A DNA stretch of 64,000 nucleotides from Hormiphora californensis (taxonomy: Eukaryota; Animalia; Ctenophora). The position numbers were made by a program, and so were the translations under genes. Shown here one piece after another: positions 62,954 through 64,000 of the stretch (positions are counted from its first letter, which is position 1; every line of letters begins with the position of its first letter). The notes beneath the pieces are model-generated. The model had not been told where the DNA came from. It saw only the letters and a program-made list of their open reading frames with translations, and ran no database searches. The stretch covers positions 2,728,001 to 2,792,000 of the forward strand of contig CM035355.1 in assembly GCA_020137815.1 (NCBI GenBank). The letters are read 5' to 3'.

Positions 62954-64000
62954 GTAACCCTCCCTCTCTCAGTTTGTAGCTTTATAGTACCATAGAGACA
63001 ATCTCATTATATTTATATATTTGTATTTTTTAGACCGCTGGCAAGCTCCGATACCGGGACAATATAACACACAATATTTGTGTTTGATTTTTAGTTAATT
63101 TATTGGTTTTATTTCAGAATGATATATTTGTATTTCACCAGATTTCTTTGTTCCCCACAACTAGTGGTTTTCATGTGATTGCACCTAATATACTGCTAAG
63201 GCAGATGTGTGCGTACACATTACACCCCCTGCTGTTTGTTTGTCTGTCTGTCTGTCGGTTTATCTGTTTGTTTGTTGGTTCGTTTTTCTGTCTGCACTGC
63301 TTGTTCGTTTATCTCTCTGGACTCTGTCTGTCTGTCTGTCGGTTTGTTCGTCTGTTTGTCAGTCCATACACCAACTTTCAGCTGCCCATTGAGCTTAGAT
63401 GGTTTGTAATTGATGATTTCATTTATTGTTGCTGTGGTCTGTATGTATGTGTGTTCGTGAGAATTCCCATTAGGCTGTTTCTGTATCGAGCCGGTATCTA
63501 CCACTTAGCTTGCATCTTTTCTCTAATTGTATTCTCTATCTCTATAACAATCTCTCTCAGTACGTGCCAGCATCTTAGATGTCACGTGTGGCTAAAGAGT
63601 GTGCGTCAGTAGCGTGTGTTCGTTGTGTCCCCATAACAAAGCCCTAACAGGTGATCCAGTCTCCTCAACGTGGCTCTATCCCATCAGATGGCCTAATTCT
63701 CTACTGCTGGTTAATCAGAGATATATCCCTTCTTCTTCTCCTCACACTATGACGTGTGTCAGGTTTTAACATTTGTTTAGTTATTAAAAGTAAAGAGACA
63801 ATGATGTGAAAATAATAAATTGAACAATATATCGTGACGTCACGAAATGACGTGGGTTTGTGTTCGAGAACGTTTCAAGAAGAAAGAAATCCAAGACAAG
63901 GAGGGAAAGAAGAATAAGAAGAGAGATCGGAGCTTGCCAAGCTAAAAAGTGTGTGTAAATGTTTATTTAGTGTGAGAGAAGGCCGGTTATTTATTCCTAA

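Overview
Eukaryotic, intron-rich animal DNA. It is probably a ctenophore such as Pleurobrachia; that is inferred from the repeat families and the nested-gene layout and was not verified. 1-7.7 kb: a coding-intact CR1/L2-group LINE is nested inside ORF1 of a related LINE. Both have PHD + CCCH-finger ORF1s and a candidate -1 ribosomal frameshift site linking ORF1 to ORF2. 9.0-12.0 kb: a 3-kb foldback element. 15.2-25.7 kb: a 13-exon OXCT1/SCOT gene whose first intron holds an antisense TEX14-like pseudokinase gene. 26.5-33.4 kb: a 5-exon calmodulin-like gene. Its intron 2 carries a Penelope-like retroelement (14-bp TSD, inverted pLTR, two hammerhead ribozymes, interrupted by a long-TIR DNA element) and a pogo-like MITE. 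40.4-44.3 kb: LUC7-like splicing factor with a candidate cassette exon inside zinc finger 2. 60.4 kb onward: RBBP6/DWNN 5' exons. Many MITEs, Helentron-like elements, micro/minisatellites and two low-quality sequence stretches lie between the genes. Exon coordinates were read by hand from GT/AG sites and frame continuity; no database searches were run.
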